Positions 19,097-30,021 of a stretch of DNA of 64,000 nucleotides are shown piece after piece; positions within the stretch are counted from its first letter, which is position 1, and every line of letters begins with the position of its first letter. The DNA is from Singulisphaera sp. GP187. Its GTDB lineage: Bacteria > Planctomycetota > GCA-002687715. The notes beneath the pieces were generated by a model. That model had not been told where the DNA came from and did not search any database. It saw nothing but the letters and a program-made list of their open reading frames with translations. Where the stretch lies: positions 856 to 64,855 of the forward strand of contig CAMDTN010000007.1 in assembly GCA_945907755.1 (NCBI GenBank). Reading direction: 5' to 3'. The position numbers and the translations under genes are program-made.

Positions 19097-22000
19097 ATGA
19101 GTCATCAGGACGCGACGCCCGGCCTCGGCCACTTGCAACTCGGCATTCCCGGTTGGAACTACGCCGATCTTTTCGACCCAGCAGCGTTGGCGCGCTTGCA
19201 CGGTTTGTTTTGCGAAGACCTCAAGCGCCGCGACCCTGCCACCGGCCTGCGCTACGACACGCTGCTGCAAGCAGGTGCTCCGACGCGCGAAGAGGAATCG
19301 TGGGCCATTGCCGCCGTTGGGCCGCACCTCAGCCGTTTCTTAGGCGCACTGTTTTGTGCTGACGGCGCTGCCGCGCTGTTGGTGGACAAAGCGCGCGCGT
19401 TAGAGCCTGTGTTCGCGGTGCGCCGCGAATTCGTGAAGCGTCGAGCGCTGAAAAAAGTGGCTGCGGCGGACATCCCAGCGGACTTGGTTCCACTACGAGC
19501 ACTGGCAACGCGCGTGGCGCAGGTTCTGGGCAGCCCAGCGCCGGACGAGCACGAAGAAATCGCATTCAGCCGCGCAGTGTTGGCGCTGCTGGCATTGGAA
19601 AAAGAACTGAGTGTTGGTGCCGCACTGAGCGGTGCTGGCGAGGCGACATGCGGCGCTCTCGCAACAGCATGGCCTGCACGCTTCAGCGCTTCAGGCACGG
19701 ATCGCAGCGCAGCGCTGCAACAGTTGCTCCGCGACTTGCAAGTCTTCTGCGCAGGTTCCGTGGCGCGGCCAAGTACCGCGGCTGGCTGGGTGCTGTTCGA
19801 GCAACAGCACGCCGTGCATCACGCAGATTTGGTGCCGCTGGTGCGGCCACTCGCAGAAATGCCCACGTGCTTCGAGGGCCCAGAGGCTACGCGTCGCGAG
19901 CGTCCTGGCTTCGACCTGACCGATGCGCGCATGAACCCGCGGGAAGTGGCGGCGCAAGTAGACATCTGCATCTTCTGTCACCACCAAAAGCGCGATTCGT
20001 GCGCAACAGGCTTGCGCGAAAAAGACGGTAAGGCCAAGAAAAACCCGCTGGGCGTCGAACTCGAAGGCTGCCCGCTGGATGAGCACATATCGGAAGCTCA
20101 TGAACTGCAGCAGGGCGGAGACTCCGTCGCGGCGTTGGCCGCCGTGATGGTGAACAACCCCATGTGCCCCGGCACTGGGCACCGCATTTGCAACGACTGC
20201 ATGAAGGCCTGCATCTTTCAAAAGCAGGAACCAGTGAACATCCCGCAAGCCGAGACAGGCATTCTCTCGGCGGTGTTGGCGCTGCCGTTCGGCGCCGAAA
20301 TCTATTCGCTGTTGACGCGCTGGAATCCGCTGCACATGCGGCGGCCCTTCCAACTGCCTTTCAACGGATTGAAAGTGCTGGTCGTGGGCCTCGGGCCTGC
20401 GGGCTACACACTCGCTCACTACTTGAGCAACGAGGGCTTCGGTGTGGTGGCCATCGACGGACTGAAGATCGAACCGCTGCCCGCGGATCTTGTGGGTGCT
20501 GCTGCGCGCGCGCTGCAAGATTGGAAGGCCTTCGTGCAACCGCTGGATCAACGCGTGTTGTCGGGCTTTGGTGGTGTCAGTGAGTACGGCATCACCGTGC
20601 GCTGGGACAAGAATTACCTGCGACTGCTGCATTTGACGCTGGCGCGCAAGCGCAATTTGTCCATGTTTGGTGGCGTGCGCTTCGGCGGCACCATCACCTT
20701 GGATGACGCGCACGAGCTTGGTTTCGCACATGTAGCCATCGCTACCGGCGCAGGCAAGCCCACCATCGTGGACATGAAGAACAACTTGGTGCGCGGCGTG
20801 CGCCAAGCCAGCGATTTCTTGATGGCTTTGCAGTTGACGGGTGCCGCCAAAGACTCGAGCCTCACCAATCTGCAAGTGGAACTGCCGGGCATCGTGGTGG
20901 GTGGCGGGCTGACCGCAATCGACACTGCCACCGAGCTGATGGCTTACTACCCGCTGCAAGTGGAACGCGTGTTGGTGCGCAGCGAACTGTTGCAATCCGA
21001 AGGTCGGCTGGAAGCGTTCCTTAAAGCGCTGAACCCCGAAGAGCGTGGCACCTATCAGACATTCATGGAACACGGGCGTGCTGTGCGTGCAGAGCGCGCT
21101 GCGGCGCATCGCGAAGGGCGCGCTGCGGCATTGTCGCAATTGGTGCGCGCGTGGGGCGGTGTGTCCATCGCTTACCGCAAGAGTTTGCAAGATGCGCCGG
21201 CCTATCGCTTGAACCACGAAGAAGTGGTGAAGGCTTTGGAAGAAGGCGTGCGTTTCATCGAAAATGTGTCACCGACAGAAGTGGTGTCGGATGCGGGTGG
21301 CCGCGTCACTTCGTTGAAACTGCGCGGACCCAGTGGTGCCATGGAATTGCCTTGCCGCGCCTTGATGATTGCTGCGGGCACCAGCCCCAACACCATCTAC
21401 GAGCGCGAGCACCCGGGCACGTTTGGCTTCGATGGCAAGTTCTTCCGCTCGCACCGCATCGAAGGCAGCGGCGCCGCCGTGCAGTTGGTGGCGGACACCA
21501 CGCGCGATGCGTTCTTCACTTCGTACCTGCGTGACGGCTTGAGTGTCAGCTACTACGGTGACAACCACCCCGCGTGGAACGGCAATGTTGTGAAAGCCAT
21601 GGCTTCTGCGCGGAAGGGCTATCCGCAGGTGTTGGCGCTGTTCAGCGCGGCAACGCTGCGGCCATCCGCCGCCCAGCAGCCTGCACGCGATGCCAGTTGG
21701 CGCAGCGATACCGCGCACCTTGCTGCAATGCTGCAACCCACCGTGGTGCGCGTCGAGCGCCTCACACCAAACATCATCGAAGTGGTGTTGAAGGCGCCCA
21801 TGGCTGCGCGCCACTTCCAGCCTGGGCAGTTCTTCCGCTTGCAGGATTTTGAATCCACTGCCACGCTGCGTCGCGGGCTGCGCATGAGCATGGAAGGGCT
21901 CGCTATGACGGGCGCCTGGGTGGACCGCGAACGCGGTCTGCTGTCGCTGATCATTCTGGAAATGGGCGGTTCATCCAGCTTGTGCGAACTGTTGCAGCCG

Positions 22001-22702
22001 GGGCAGCCGGTGGTGTGCATGGGCCCGACGGGCACGCCCACCACGATTCCGAAGAACGAAAAAGTGATCTTGTGCGGCGGCGGCTTGGGCAACGCTGTGC
22101 TCTTTAGCATTGCGCGGGCGCTGAAGGACAACGGTTGCAGCGTGCTGTATTTCGCGGGCTACAAGAATGGCGAAGACCTGTTCAAGCGCGACGAAGTGGA
22201 AGCGGGCACCGATCAAGTCATCTGGAGCACCGATGCCGGCGCAGCCATCACACCGCGCCGCCCGCAAGACCATCATTTCCGGGGCAATATTGTCGAATCC
22301 ATGCTCACCTACGCCCGTGGCGTGCACGGTGCCGGAGTGTTCCCGCTGAGCGAAGCCACGCGCATCATCGTGATTGGCTCCGATCGCATGATGGCTGCAG
22401 TGGCGGCAGCACGGCGCGATGCGACCAAGTTGCAACCGTACCTTGGGCCGCATGAGGCGTTGGGATCTATCAATTCGCCCATGCAGTGCATGCTGAAAGA
22501 GGTTTGCGCGCAGTGTCTGCAGCGACATGTGGACCCAGTCACCGGCAAGGAGAGTTTCGTGTTTTCGTGCTTCGACCAAGATCAGCATTTGGATCATGTG
22601 GACTTCGCGCACCTCAACTTGCGCTTGCGCCAGAACGGTGTGCTGGAGAAACTCACCGCCGGAGTGATCGCGTTGCTCAAAAACGACGCGATGCTTGTGT
22701 AG
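19097..22702 (+). CDS. Large Fe-S flavoprotein: GltD/NfnB-like domain fused to an FNR/NfnA-like domain
   Basis: AGGAGG RBS; CIFCH..C..GCP and CPGTGHRICNDCMKAC Cys sets, GLGPAG and GGGLTAID Rossmann motifs; C-terminal PGQF, GPTG, GGGLG, CMLKEVCAQC..C. Confidence 0.85.
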   Translation: MSHQDATPGLGHLQLGIPGWNYADLFDPAALARLHGLFCEDLKRRDPATGLRYDTLLQAGAPTREEESWAIAAVGPHLSRFLGALFCADGAAALLVDKARALEPVFAVRREFVKRRALKKVAAADIPADLVPLRALATRVAQVLGSPAPDEHEEIAFSRAVLALLALEKELSVGAALSGAGEATCGALATAWPARFSASGTDRSAALQQLLRDLQVFCAGSVARPSTAAGWVLFEQQHAVHHADLVPLVRPLAEMPTCFEGPEATRRERPGFDLTDARMNPREVAAQVDICIFCHHQKRDSCATGLREKDGKAKKNPLGVELEGCPLDEHISEAHELQQGGDSVAALAAVMVNNPMCPGTGHRICNDCMKACIFQKQEPVNIPQAETGILSAVLALPFGAEIYSLLTRWNPLHMRRPFQLPFNGLKVLVVGLGPAGYTLAHYLSNEGFGVVAIDGLKIEPLPADLVGAAARALQDWKAFVQPLDQRVLSGFGGVSEYGITVRWDKNYLRLLHLTLARKRNLSMFGGVRFGGTITLDDAHELGFAHVAIATGAGKPTIVDMKNNLVRGVRQASDFLMALQLTGAAKDSSLTNLQVELPGIVVGGGLTAIDTATELMAYYPLQVERVLVRSELLQSEGRLEAFLKALNPEERGTYQTFMEHGRAVRAERAAAHREGRAAALSQLVRAWGGVSIAYRKSLQDAPAYRLNHEEVVKALEEGVRFIENVSPTEVVSDAGGRVTSLKLRGPSGAMELPCRALMIAAGTSPNTIYEREHPGTFGFDGKFFRSHRIEGSGAAVQLVADTTRDAFFTSYLRDGLSVSYYGDNHPAWNGNVVKAMASARKGYPQVLALFSAATLRPSAAQQPARDASWRSDTAHLAAMLQPTVVRVERLTPNIIEVVLKAPMAARHFQPGQFFRLQDFESTATLRRGLRMSMEGLAMTGAWVDRERGLLSLIILEMGGSSSLCELLQPGQPVVCMGPTGTPTTIPKNEKVILCGGGLGNAVLFSIARALKDNGCSVLYFAGYKNGEDLFKRDEVEAGTDQVIWSTDAGAAITPRRPQDHHFRGNIVESMLTYARGVHGAGVFPLSEATRIIVIGSDRMMAAVAAARRDATKLQPYLGPHEALGSINSPMQCMLKEVCAQCLQRHVDPVTGKESFVFSCFDQDQHLDHVDFAHLNLRLRQNGVLEKLTAGVIALLKNDAMLV

Positions 22703-22748
22703 CCATCGACTGTGCGGCACGTGCGCCCTCTGCGCGCTCGCTGTGCAC

Positions 22749-24278
22749 TTAGCGCGGGAGCGGAGGGATCCATAACACCTGCGCTTTGCCGCGCTGGCGC
22801 CAAGCACGCATCGGCGCTTGAAAAGGCACGGTGTCCACCCATACGGCTAGCGAGTCCAACCCCGAAATGGCTTGGGCTGGGTGCCCGTCGCCGACAAAGC
22901 GGTCCAGCAACAGAATCACGGGCCGTTGCGCGCGGGCGATGTAATCGGTGAGCAGCGGGCCGGCGCTTTCAGCGGTAGGAGCGTTTAGGAGCAGCCAAGG
23001 ATCGTGGGGCACTTGGCGCAAGTGCATCGCAGTGTGCGAGCGAAAACCATGCGTGACCACGATGGGTCGGGCGGGGTCGTGGCTCCACAGTTCTGCCTGT
23101 GCCGCCGCATCGTGCAAGGTGGTGTCACGCAACGCCATGGTGCTGGTGGCGTGGAGCATGAATGTTGTCGCAGCCGCGACCAGCAACAGCATTGCGGCAC
23201 TCAACGAGCGCGGGCAGTGGATCGCGGCGAGCGCGGTGCCTAGGAGCAGTTCCAATATCCACCATTCAAAATTCTGTGGCTCGAACCAACAGTAGAAACA
23301 GAAGCGTGTGGCGGCGATCAGCAGCACAGCCCACAACATGGCGCGGCGGTTAGTCGTTGGGGGCTGCGTGCTGGCAGTCCGCACACAGAGGAGCCTGCAG
23401 GCCGCCCAGAGGACAACGAAAAAGGCGAGGCCGATACTGATGTTCAGAGTGAATGCGCGGTAATCGTGTTGCACGCCAGCAACTGCTACTCCAAGCGTCG
23501 TGCAGCGCAGCAGCAGATCATCCAGCCCTGGTAGCTCGGCGGGAGCCCAATTGCGTGTTGCCACCTCGGCTGTTGTGAACATGAATGCGCGCAAGTTGGC
23601 AGCTCCGGCGAGTTGCCAACAGATGACATAGGCACCAAGTGTGGTGAGGCCGGTGAGCGCGAGCCACAGGAACATGCGCCACAGCCGACGTTGCTGTGGC
23701 AGTCGCGTGGCCAGCGCAAAGACCAACCCGGGGACGATCAGAATGTTGTCTTGGCGTAGCAGCAGGGCGGCAACAGTGATTGCGCCTACGCGCAGGAGTG
23801 AGCAGTTCCCGTCACATGCTGCAACCAAAGCCCAGAGAGCCAGTGCTGCTGCGGGCACAACGGTTTCGCCAACACTCGCTTCCAACAGCACACTGCGTGT
23901 AGCCAACAGCAGCAGCGGCAGCGCCAACGCGGTGCGTCGCCAGCCCGCGAGGCGGCCGAGCAGCATGACGATGCCAGCGAAGGCTGCAGCATTCACACAC
24001 CGAGTTGCCCAGTGGCCGGGGTGATCTGCGCCAACGAAGTCCAGTGCGCCCGTTAGCGGCAACAGCAGCACATGGAAGAGCGGATGATGCCCACTGATGC
24101 TGGCCAGTCCATCATGCTCTGCAGCGTGTGCGTACCACAGCGCATCGTTCACCGCGAAACAGCCGTCCGCGTTCCATGGCATGAAGAAGAGCACCACTGC
24201 AAAAGTGATTGCTGCGAGCAGCGCAAACGGCCATGCCATCCCCACGGCATATTGTCGCATTGTTGCAACGGCTTCCAT
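22749..24278 (-). CDS. Polytopic membrane protein, possibly a GT-C fold glycosyltransferase
   Basis: Many hydrophobic segments; N-terminal ND..Y and HHPLF loop motifs. Confidence 0.55.
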   Translation of the reverse strand: MEAVATMRQYAVGMAWPFALLAAITFAVVLFFMPWNADGCFAVNDALWYAHAAEHDGLASISGHHPLFHVLLLPLTGALDFVGADHPGHWATRCVNAAAFAGIVMLLGRLAGWRRTALALPLLLLATRSVLLEASVGETVVPAAALALWALVAACDGNCSLLRVGAITVAALLLRQDNILIVPGLVFALATRLPQQRRLWRMFLWLALTGLTTLGAYVICWQLAGAANLRAFMFTTAEVATRNWAPAELPGLDDLLLRCTTLGVAVAGVQHDYRAFTLNISIGLAFFVVLWAACRLLCVRTASTQPPTTNRRAMLWAVLLIAATRFCFYCWFEPQNFEWWILELLLGTALAAIHCPRSLSAAMLLLVAAATTFMLHATSTMALRDTTLHDAAAQAELWSHDPARPIVVTHGFRSHTAMHLRQVPHDPWLLLNAPTAESAGPLLTDYIARAQRPVILLLDRFVGDGHPAQAISGLDSLAVWVDTVPFQAPMRAWRQRGKAQVLWIPPLPR

Positions 24279-24333
24279 GAGCGAATGATAGTCGCTGTGG
24301 CACGCTGTTGGCGGCTATCATGCGCTCGCAACA

Positions 24334-24978
24334 ATGAGCTTATTCGACTGGTTACGTCGGCCTGAAACCACAAGAGCCCCGCGTGCTGCGCGCCCGGCTT
24401 TGGATGCTGCGCTGGTCGATGGCATTCTCACGCGGGTGCGTGCGGCGCCTGCAGGGCTACGCGTGCTGGAGCTCGAGTGTGGCGTTGGCGTGCTCAGCCT
24501 GCGCATGGCCCATGCTGCGCCAGGGTGCAGCGTGCTGGGGCTGGACACAGCGTCAGATGCGGTGCGCAGTGCCAGCAGCGCGGCGCGCGCGGCGGGGCTG
24601 GAGTCGCGCGTGAGCTTCAGTGTGTGCGACCTGCGGATTCTGTCAGTGGCCGATGCTTGCTTCGATCTTGCTGTGGGGGTGGGGGTGCTTAGCGAGAGTG
24701 CTGCACCCGCATCTACGCTGCGCGAAATCCGCCGCGCGCTGGCACCCGGCGGTATGGCACTGCTCTACGAACCCCTTGCGCTGGAAGAGCCAGCAGCGAA
24801 TGCAGCCGGCGGTATGCATCATTTGCGCGGCGCATCAATGAGTGGCGCAGCGTTGAGCGCGCTCATTGCAGCGTCGCCCTTCGCCAACGCAGCGCGTCTT
24901 ACGGCACCGGAATCTCGGGGGCCGGGCGCCTACGCACAGTTAGTCCTGCTGCACGCGCCTCATGTCAAGCCGCATTGA
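24334..24978 (+). CDS. Class I SAM-dependent methyltransferase
   Basis: VLELECGVG, LGLD, FDLAV, EIRRALAPGG motifs. Confidence 0.8.
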   Translation: MSLFDWLRRPETTRAPRAARPALDAALVDGILTRVRAAPAGLRVLELECGVGVLSLRMAHAAPGCSVLGLDTASDAVRSASSAARAAGLESRVSFSVCDLRILSVADACFDLAVGVGVLSESAAPASTLREIRRALAPGGMALLYEPLALEEPAANAAGGMHHLRGASMSGAALSALIAASPFANAARLTAPESRGPGAYAQLVLLHAPHVKPH

Positions 24979-25106
24979 GCGCGAACGGCCTTGATCGCCC
25001 TGTCGACCGGTCGGATGCACTCCAACGGACCGCTCCGCCTCACCAAGTCAGCGCTCCGCTTCCGCCAACGTTGGGCATGGGCATGTGGCCGAGCGCAGAG
25101 GTCACC

Positions 25107-25276
25107 GGCGGAGTGTGCTCCATGGGCGCGGCAGCCGGTCGTCTTCGCCCGACCGGCCGAGCGCCCATGGGCAACACGGAGCCACGCCTGCGAGCGCAAT
25201 GCAAGACCGACCGTGCGCTGCAGAGGCGGAGTGTGTCCGATGGGCGCGGCAGCCGACCGTCTTCGCTCGACCGGGC

Positions 25277-25279
<3 letters not shown>
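25107..25279. repeat. Imperfect 55-bp direct repeat (25107-25161, 25225-25279) with palindromic character
   Basis: 48/55 identity by manual alignment. Copy 1 lies in a long hairpin (CCATGGGCGC 25120-25129/GCGCCCATGG 25161-25170; CCGGTCG/CGACCGG). Confidence 0.8.
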
Positions 25280-25587
<308 letters not shown>

Positions 25588-25812
25588 ATTGCTTCAAGGA
25601 TCGGCTACAGCAAGCTGCAGCACGAGCCCCAAGCGGGGCCATTGTTACGAATATGCCCCTCAGCGGTCAAGCAGCGAGCTACGTATGGCTCATCATCGCC
25701 CCATCGACCGGTGAGAACATGGTTGAGGCGAGACAATATGCCTATTTTTCCCGGGGGGGGCCTCTGCGGTAAAGTTCTTCGTGTCACCGTTCGAATCGTG
25801 AGGAGACTTTCC

Positions 25813-27531
25813 ATGTCACTTGCCCGAATTCCTTGTAATGCGAGGTGCGCGGTTGCGCCCACCTTTGCACGCCGCCTTTGGTTCGTTTGCCTGCTAGCGC
25901 TCATGGTGCTGGTCGGCGCTGCGTTACTGCCAGGTCAAACGCTGATGCGCATCAGCGAGGGCACCACTACGGCTTTCGGTCTCGGCTGGTCATCTGCCAG
26001 AGCGGGAGACCTCGACGGCGACGGCATCACTGAGGTGTTGGTAGGTGCCAACGACCCCGCCTTAGGTGCAGGCACCGTGCGCGTGATTTCTGTAGCCACC
26101 GGCGTTGTGTTGCGCACCCACGTGGGCGAAGTCAATGGCCACCAGTTTGGCTTTGACGTAGCCGGCGGCTTCGATGCGAACCTCGACGGCGTCAACGATG
26201 TCTTGGTCGGTGCACCTGGCTTCGATGTGGGTTCATCTTTCGACAATCGTGGGCGGGCTTATGTCTACTCCGGTGCCACGGGCACGCTGCTGTATTCCGT
26301 CACCGGCGAGGCCTTCGCGGAGAACTGCGGTTTCTCTGTTGCATGGTTGGGCGACATCAATGGCGACCTGAGAGCGGATTTCGCGGTGGGCTCGTCCGGT
26401 GCTAGCAGCATGACTGGTCGCGTGCGCGTGTTCAGCGGCCTCGACGGCAGCTTGATGCTGACTTTGGGTGGGCAGGCTGTCGGCGATCGTTTCGGCGCGG
26501 CAGTGGCCTATGCGGGTGACATGAACGCTGACGGCACCCCAGATTTATTGGTCGGCGCGCCATATCAAGCCATCAACGGCATCGCAGGGCGTTCGTACAT
26601 CTACGCCATGCCTACCGGAGCGTTGCTGCAAACATTTTTCGGGACGCAATCTGCGGAGCACCACGGCTGGGCGCTTTGCAGCGTGCCGGATTTGACTGGC
26701 GACGGCGTGCGCGATGTGGTGGTGGGTGCGCCCGATTACGACGCGGTGACGATCACTGACGCTGGACGGGCTCGCGCGTTCAACAGTGCCACGGGTGTGG
26801 CGCTGTGGGATTTCGTGGGGCCGCTGGTCCATATGAAAACCGGCATCGACTTGGATGCCATTCCAGATTCCGACGCTGACGGCATCGGCGACTTGATAAT
26901 CGGCCTCCCATACATCCCACCATGAAGTGGCATCTACTACGGTCGCGTGTCGACCGTGAGCGGTGCGAATGGTGCTGCCATCCGCACGATCACCACTACT
27001 GGCTACGAGAACCTCTTCGGGCGCAGCGTCTGCGGCCTCGGAGATTGGGACAACGACGGCATCGGCGACTTTGCTGTGGGCTGCCCCAACGAGGACACCA
27101 TTGGCGCGCTGAATTGCGGGCGTTCGCTGGTTTACGGCGGCGGCGTGCGCGACACCAGCACATTGCAATTGTTCGGAACGATGTCCGTGAGCAACCCCAA
27201 CTCGCCTTACATTCGCGTGCTCGGGACTCCAGGCACGCCTCCGGTGGTGTTGGGGGATCCGATCCCCGGCCCCACGCCCATTCCGCCCTTTGGTTACTCG
27301 GGCGTCGGTTTCAGCCCATGGATGGTGGCGATGAACAATCCCGTCGGGTTCCTGTGGCCAGCCTTCGGCGGCAACATCGACTCACAAGGATTGTTGCAGA
27401 TCGGTCCGTTTCCGCTGTCGCCCAACGTCATCGGCCTCACTTTGTTCGTGCAGTCCTTCAACGTCACTCCACTGGCGCCGAACGGAGTGTTCCAGCGCAC
27501 CAACACGCTGGCGCTCACCGTTACGCCCTGA
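25813..27531 (+). CDS. Secreted FG-GAP (integrin alpha-like) repeat protein interrupted by an in-frame TGA at 26923-26925 (readthrough or nonsense mutation)
   Basis: AGGAGA RBS; repeats FG..V...GD.N.DG..D..VGAP continue in the same frame after the TGA (ORF 26947-27531 is in frame). Confidence 0.8.
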
Positions 27532-27542
27532 GGACCCAAACC

Positions 27543-29006
27543 TTGCGCACTTGCATCGCGATCGCGTTGTTACTGGGCGGAATCGCCGCCCAGCAGCCCA
27601 TGAATCAGTACACCTCGAATACCTATTGGTTGGGGGGTGCCGCTGATCCGCGAGTGCTGATGCTGGGGCCGGGGGGGCGCATCTTTACAGGCTGCGGTGA
27701 CGGGTCTGTGCGCATCTTGGAAGACAACGACAACAATGGCGTTGTGGACAATGTGATCAACTTTGTGTTCGGTGCGTGGAGTTGCCATGGCCTCGCTTGG
27801 AAGCCCAACGGGGCGACGGGCTATGACCTCTATGTATCGCACCTCACGGCGCCATCGGGCGGCACCGGCACGATCACGTGTTTCACCGACCTCACTGGCG
27901 ATGACATCTTTGATGTGGTCACGACAGTGGTGCTGACATTGCCCTCCGGGGCGCACCAAGTGAACAACATCAAGTTGGATGCAACGGGCCAGTGGCTGTA
28001 CATCGCGCAAGGCGCGACGGCGAACACTTCCGCCGGCGGCGGCGCCATGGTTGCGCGCGTGGCCTCCAATGCAGTGAATGTGCTTTGGGGCTCTCCGCAA
28101 GTCATCGTCGTGGGCACGGGGTTGCGCAATCCTTGGGGCATCGAATTCCATCCGTCTGGCGAGCTCTTCGCCACCGACAACGGGCGCGACGACTTGGGCG
28201 CCACAGATCCACCTGATGAATTCAACCGCGTGGTGATGGGGCAAGACTATGGTTTCCCCACTGTCAGCGGCATGCCGCCCGTGGGCAACCCAACGACCGC
28301 ACCCATCGGATTATTCGAGTCTCATGCTTCGGCCAATGGATTTGCATTCGACAACGGTTCGATGCTCACGGGCTTCGTGAACCAAGTGTTTGTCGCGGAA
28401 TGGGGCAATTGGAACGGCATCACGCCAACGCCAGTGGGACAAAAGATTGTTCAAGGCAACTTGCACCAACGCACCAATGGTTCGTGGGTGCTGAACTCGT
28501 GGGATTTCTTGGCCAATTGTGGGCATCCGCTGGATGTGGAAATCGGCGCGCTAGGCGAGCTGTTCTTCACCGTGCAGTGGGGAGTGCCCAACTGGCCTGA
28601 AGGCGTGTATCGCGTTGTGCCCACCCACGGCATCTCCGTGAAACTGAGCGGCGTGCCCGAGCTTGGCAACATCATCAATGTGACCGTGCGTTGCCCCGGC
28701 CTTCCTGGGCACCTCAGCAAAGTGGCTGCATCTGCAGGCACCGGGCCTCTGCCCACTGCGCTCGGAGGCCTCGGCCTCAGTTGGGATTGGATCTTCGACA
28801 TTTCGCTCACGCCGAACCCATATTTGTCCTTTGCGCCAGCGGGGCTGTTGAACGCCCAAGGCTTGTCCAGCGGACCGGATCATGTGTACATCCCTGTGCT
28901 GCCGGTCCTGTCGGGCTTCACCCTCTACATCGCCGCTGCGACCTTCGATCCATTCACCCTAGTGCCTTCAGCCGTGTCACCCACTGCGAGGATTCTCATT
29001 CTGTGA
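27543..29006 (+). CDS. Secreted glucose/sorbosone dehydrogenase-like (GSDH) beta-propeller protein
   Basis: TTG start and signal peptide; GLRNPWGIEFHP, TDNGRDDLG..PPDEFN, DYGFP, HASANG motifs. Confidence 0.8.
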   Translation: MRTCIAIALLLGGIAAQQPMNQYTSNTYWLGGAADPRVLMLGPGGRIFTGCGDGSVRILEDNDNNGVVDNVINFVFGAWSCHGLAWKPNGATGYDLYVSHLTAPSGGTGTITCFTDLTGDDIFDVVTTVVLTLPSGAHQVNNIKLDATGQWLYIAQGATANTSAGGGAMVARVASNAVNVLWGSPQVIVVGTGLRNPWGIEFHPSGELFATDNGRDDLGATDPPDEFNRVVMGQDYGFPTVSGMPPVGNPTTAPIGLFESHASANGFAFDNGSMLTGFVNQVFVAEWGNWNGITPTPVGQKIVQGNLHQRTNGSWVLNSWDFLANCGHPLDVEIGALGELFFTVQWGVPNWPEGVYRVVPTHGISVKLSGVPELGNIINVTVRCPGLPGHLSKVAASAGTGPLPTALGGLGLSWDWIFDISLTPNPYLSFAPAGLLNAQGLSSGPDHVYIPVLPVLSGFTLYIAAATFDPFTLVPSAVSPTARILIL

Positions 29007-29039
29007 GCAAGGCGCCGCTGTCAGCCTTCCGCGACAGCA

Positions 29040-30011
29040 CTATTGCAGGTTGACGAAGAGCGCGTCTGCATCCGCAGGCGCGCGTTTCAGTTTTCCCGCT
29101 GCCAACATTTGTGCGCCGAGAGTGGCCCAGCGCTCGCGCGTCATCCAGCCGACTTGTGCGGCGCCTGCGCCCTGCGCAGTGATCAGCGGCAATTGCACTT
29201 CGGCCGCGATGTCCATGGCTTCACGGCTCATGGCGGGGTTCAGCTTGGCCAGTATGGCGTTGGTGCTGCGCGGATCGGTGTTGTAGACATTCCAGCCTGC
29301 GCGCAGCGCACGCACAAAGGCCGTCGCTTCGCTTGTGTGCGCCTGCAACCACGCGCGACTGCAGACAACCACTTGCGCGTAGGGGTCGTAACCGCTGTCA
29401 CCCAGCGAGAAAGTGCGCACGGCAATGCCCTGCAAACGCAGTTGCACGGGCTCTGAAGCAATGAAGCCTTGAGTGGCATCGACAGCGCCTGCTGCGAAGG
29501 GTGCCAGTTGCCCGCTGTAAGGCACCAATTCCAGCGCATGGCCGCCAAGTTTGCGGTCGAGTTCAGCAATCCACGGTAGGCCCGGTTCCACCGCGGCCCG
29601 CGCCTTAGAGCGCCACAGTTCTTCCAACGATTGCCACGGGCTGTCGGCGCGCACCACCAACACAAATGGCGAACGCTGAAAGGTTGTGAACAGGGCCACA
29701 AGCTCTGCGCCTTGTTCAGTGAGAGTCAACACTTCTTCAGCTGACACAACGCCGATCTCCACTGATCCTCGCGCGACCAACTGGCCTGCGGGCGTGTTCA
29801 CTGCGCCAGGAATCAGTTGCACATTCAAGCCGGCGTTGCGGAAGCTGCCTCCGGCTTCTGCTGCGTAGAAGCCGCCAAACTCTGGCTCAGGCACCCAATT
29901 CAGTTGCACGCGCACCTGAGTGTGCCCTGCGTTTTCGCTCGAACCAGAATCGGAGCACGCAACTGGCAACAACACCATGGCGCAGAGCAACAGCGTTTGC
30001 AGCGGTTTCAT
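29040..30011 (-). CDS. ABC transporter substrate-binding lipoprotein, NMT1/THI5-like
   Basis: Lipobox PVAC; QLNWVPEPEFGGFYAA motif. Confidence 0.88.
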   Translation of the reverse strand: MKPLQTLLLCAMVLLPVACSDSGSSENAGHTQVRVQLNWVPEPEFGGFYAAEAGGSFRNAGLNVQLIPGAVNTPAGQLVARGSVEIGVVSAEEVLTLTEQGAELVALFTTFQRSPFVLVVRADSPWQSLEELWRSKARAAVEPGLPWIAELDRKLGGHALELVPYSGQLAPFAAGAVDATQGFIASEPVQLRLQGIAVRTFSLGDSGYDPYAQVVVCSRAWLQAHTSEATAFVRALRAGWNVYNTDPRSTNAILAKLNPAMSREAMDIAAEVQLPLITAQGAGAAQVGWMTRERWATLGAQMLAAGKLKRAPADADALFVNLQ

Positions 30012-30021
30012 GCTGCGCAGC

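Noticed and set aside
19691..21217. Long antisense ORFs (e.g. 19691-21217, 46829-48400, 17505-18785)
   Set aside because: Typical GC-rich shadow ORFs opposite well-supported genes.
26922..27542. N-terminal 207 aa of ORF 26922-29006
   Set aside because: Shadow frame over the FG-GAP gene's 3' part; the real start is likely TTG 27543.
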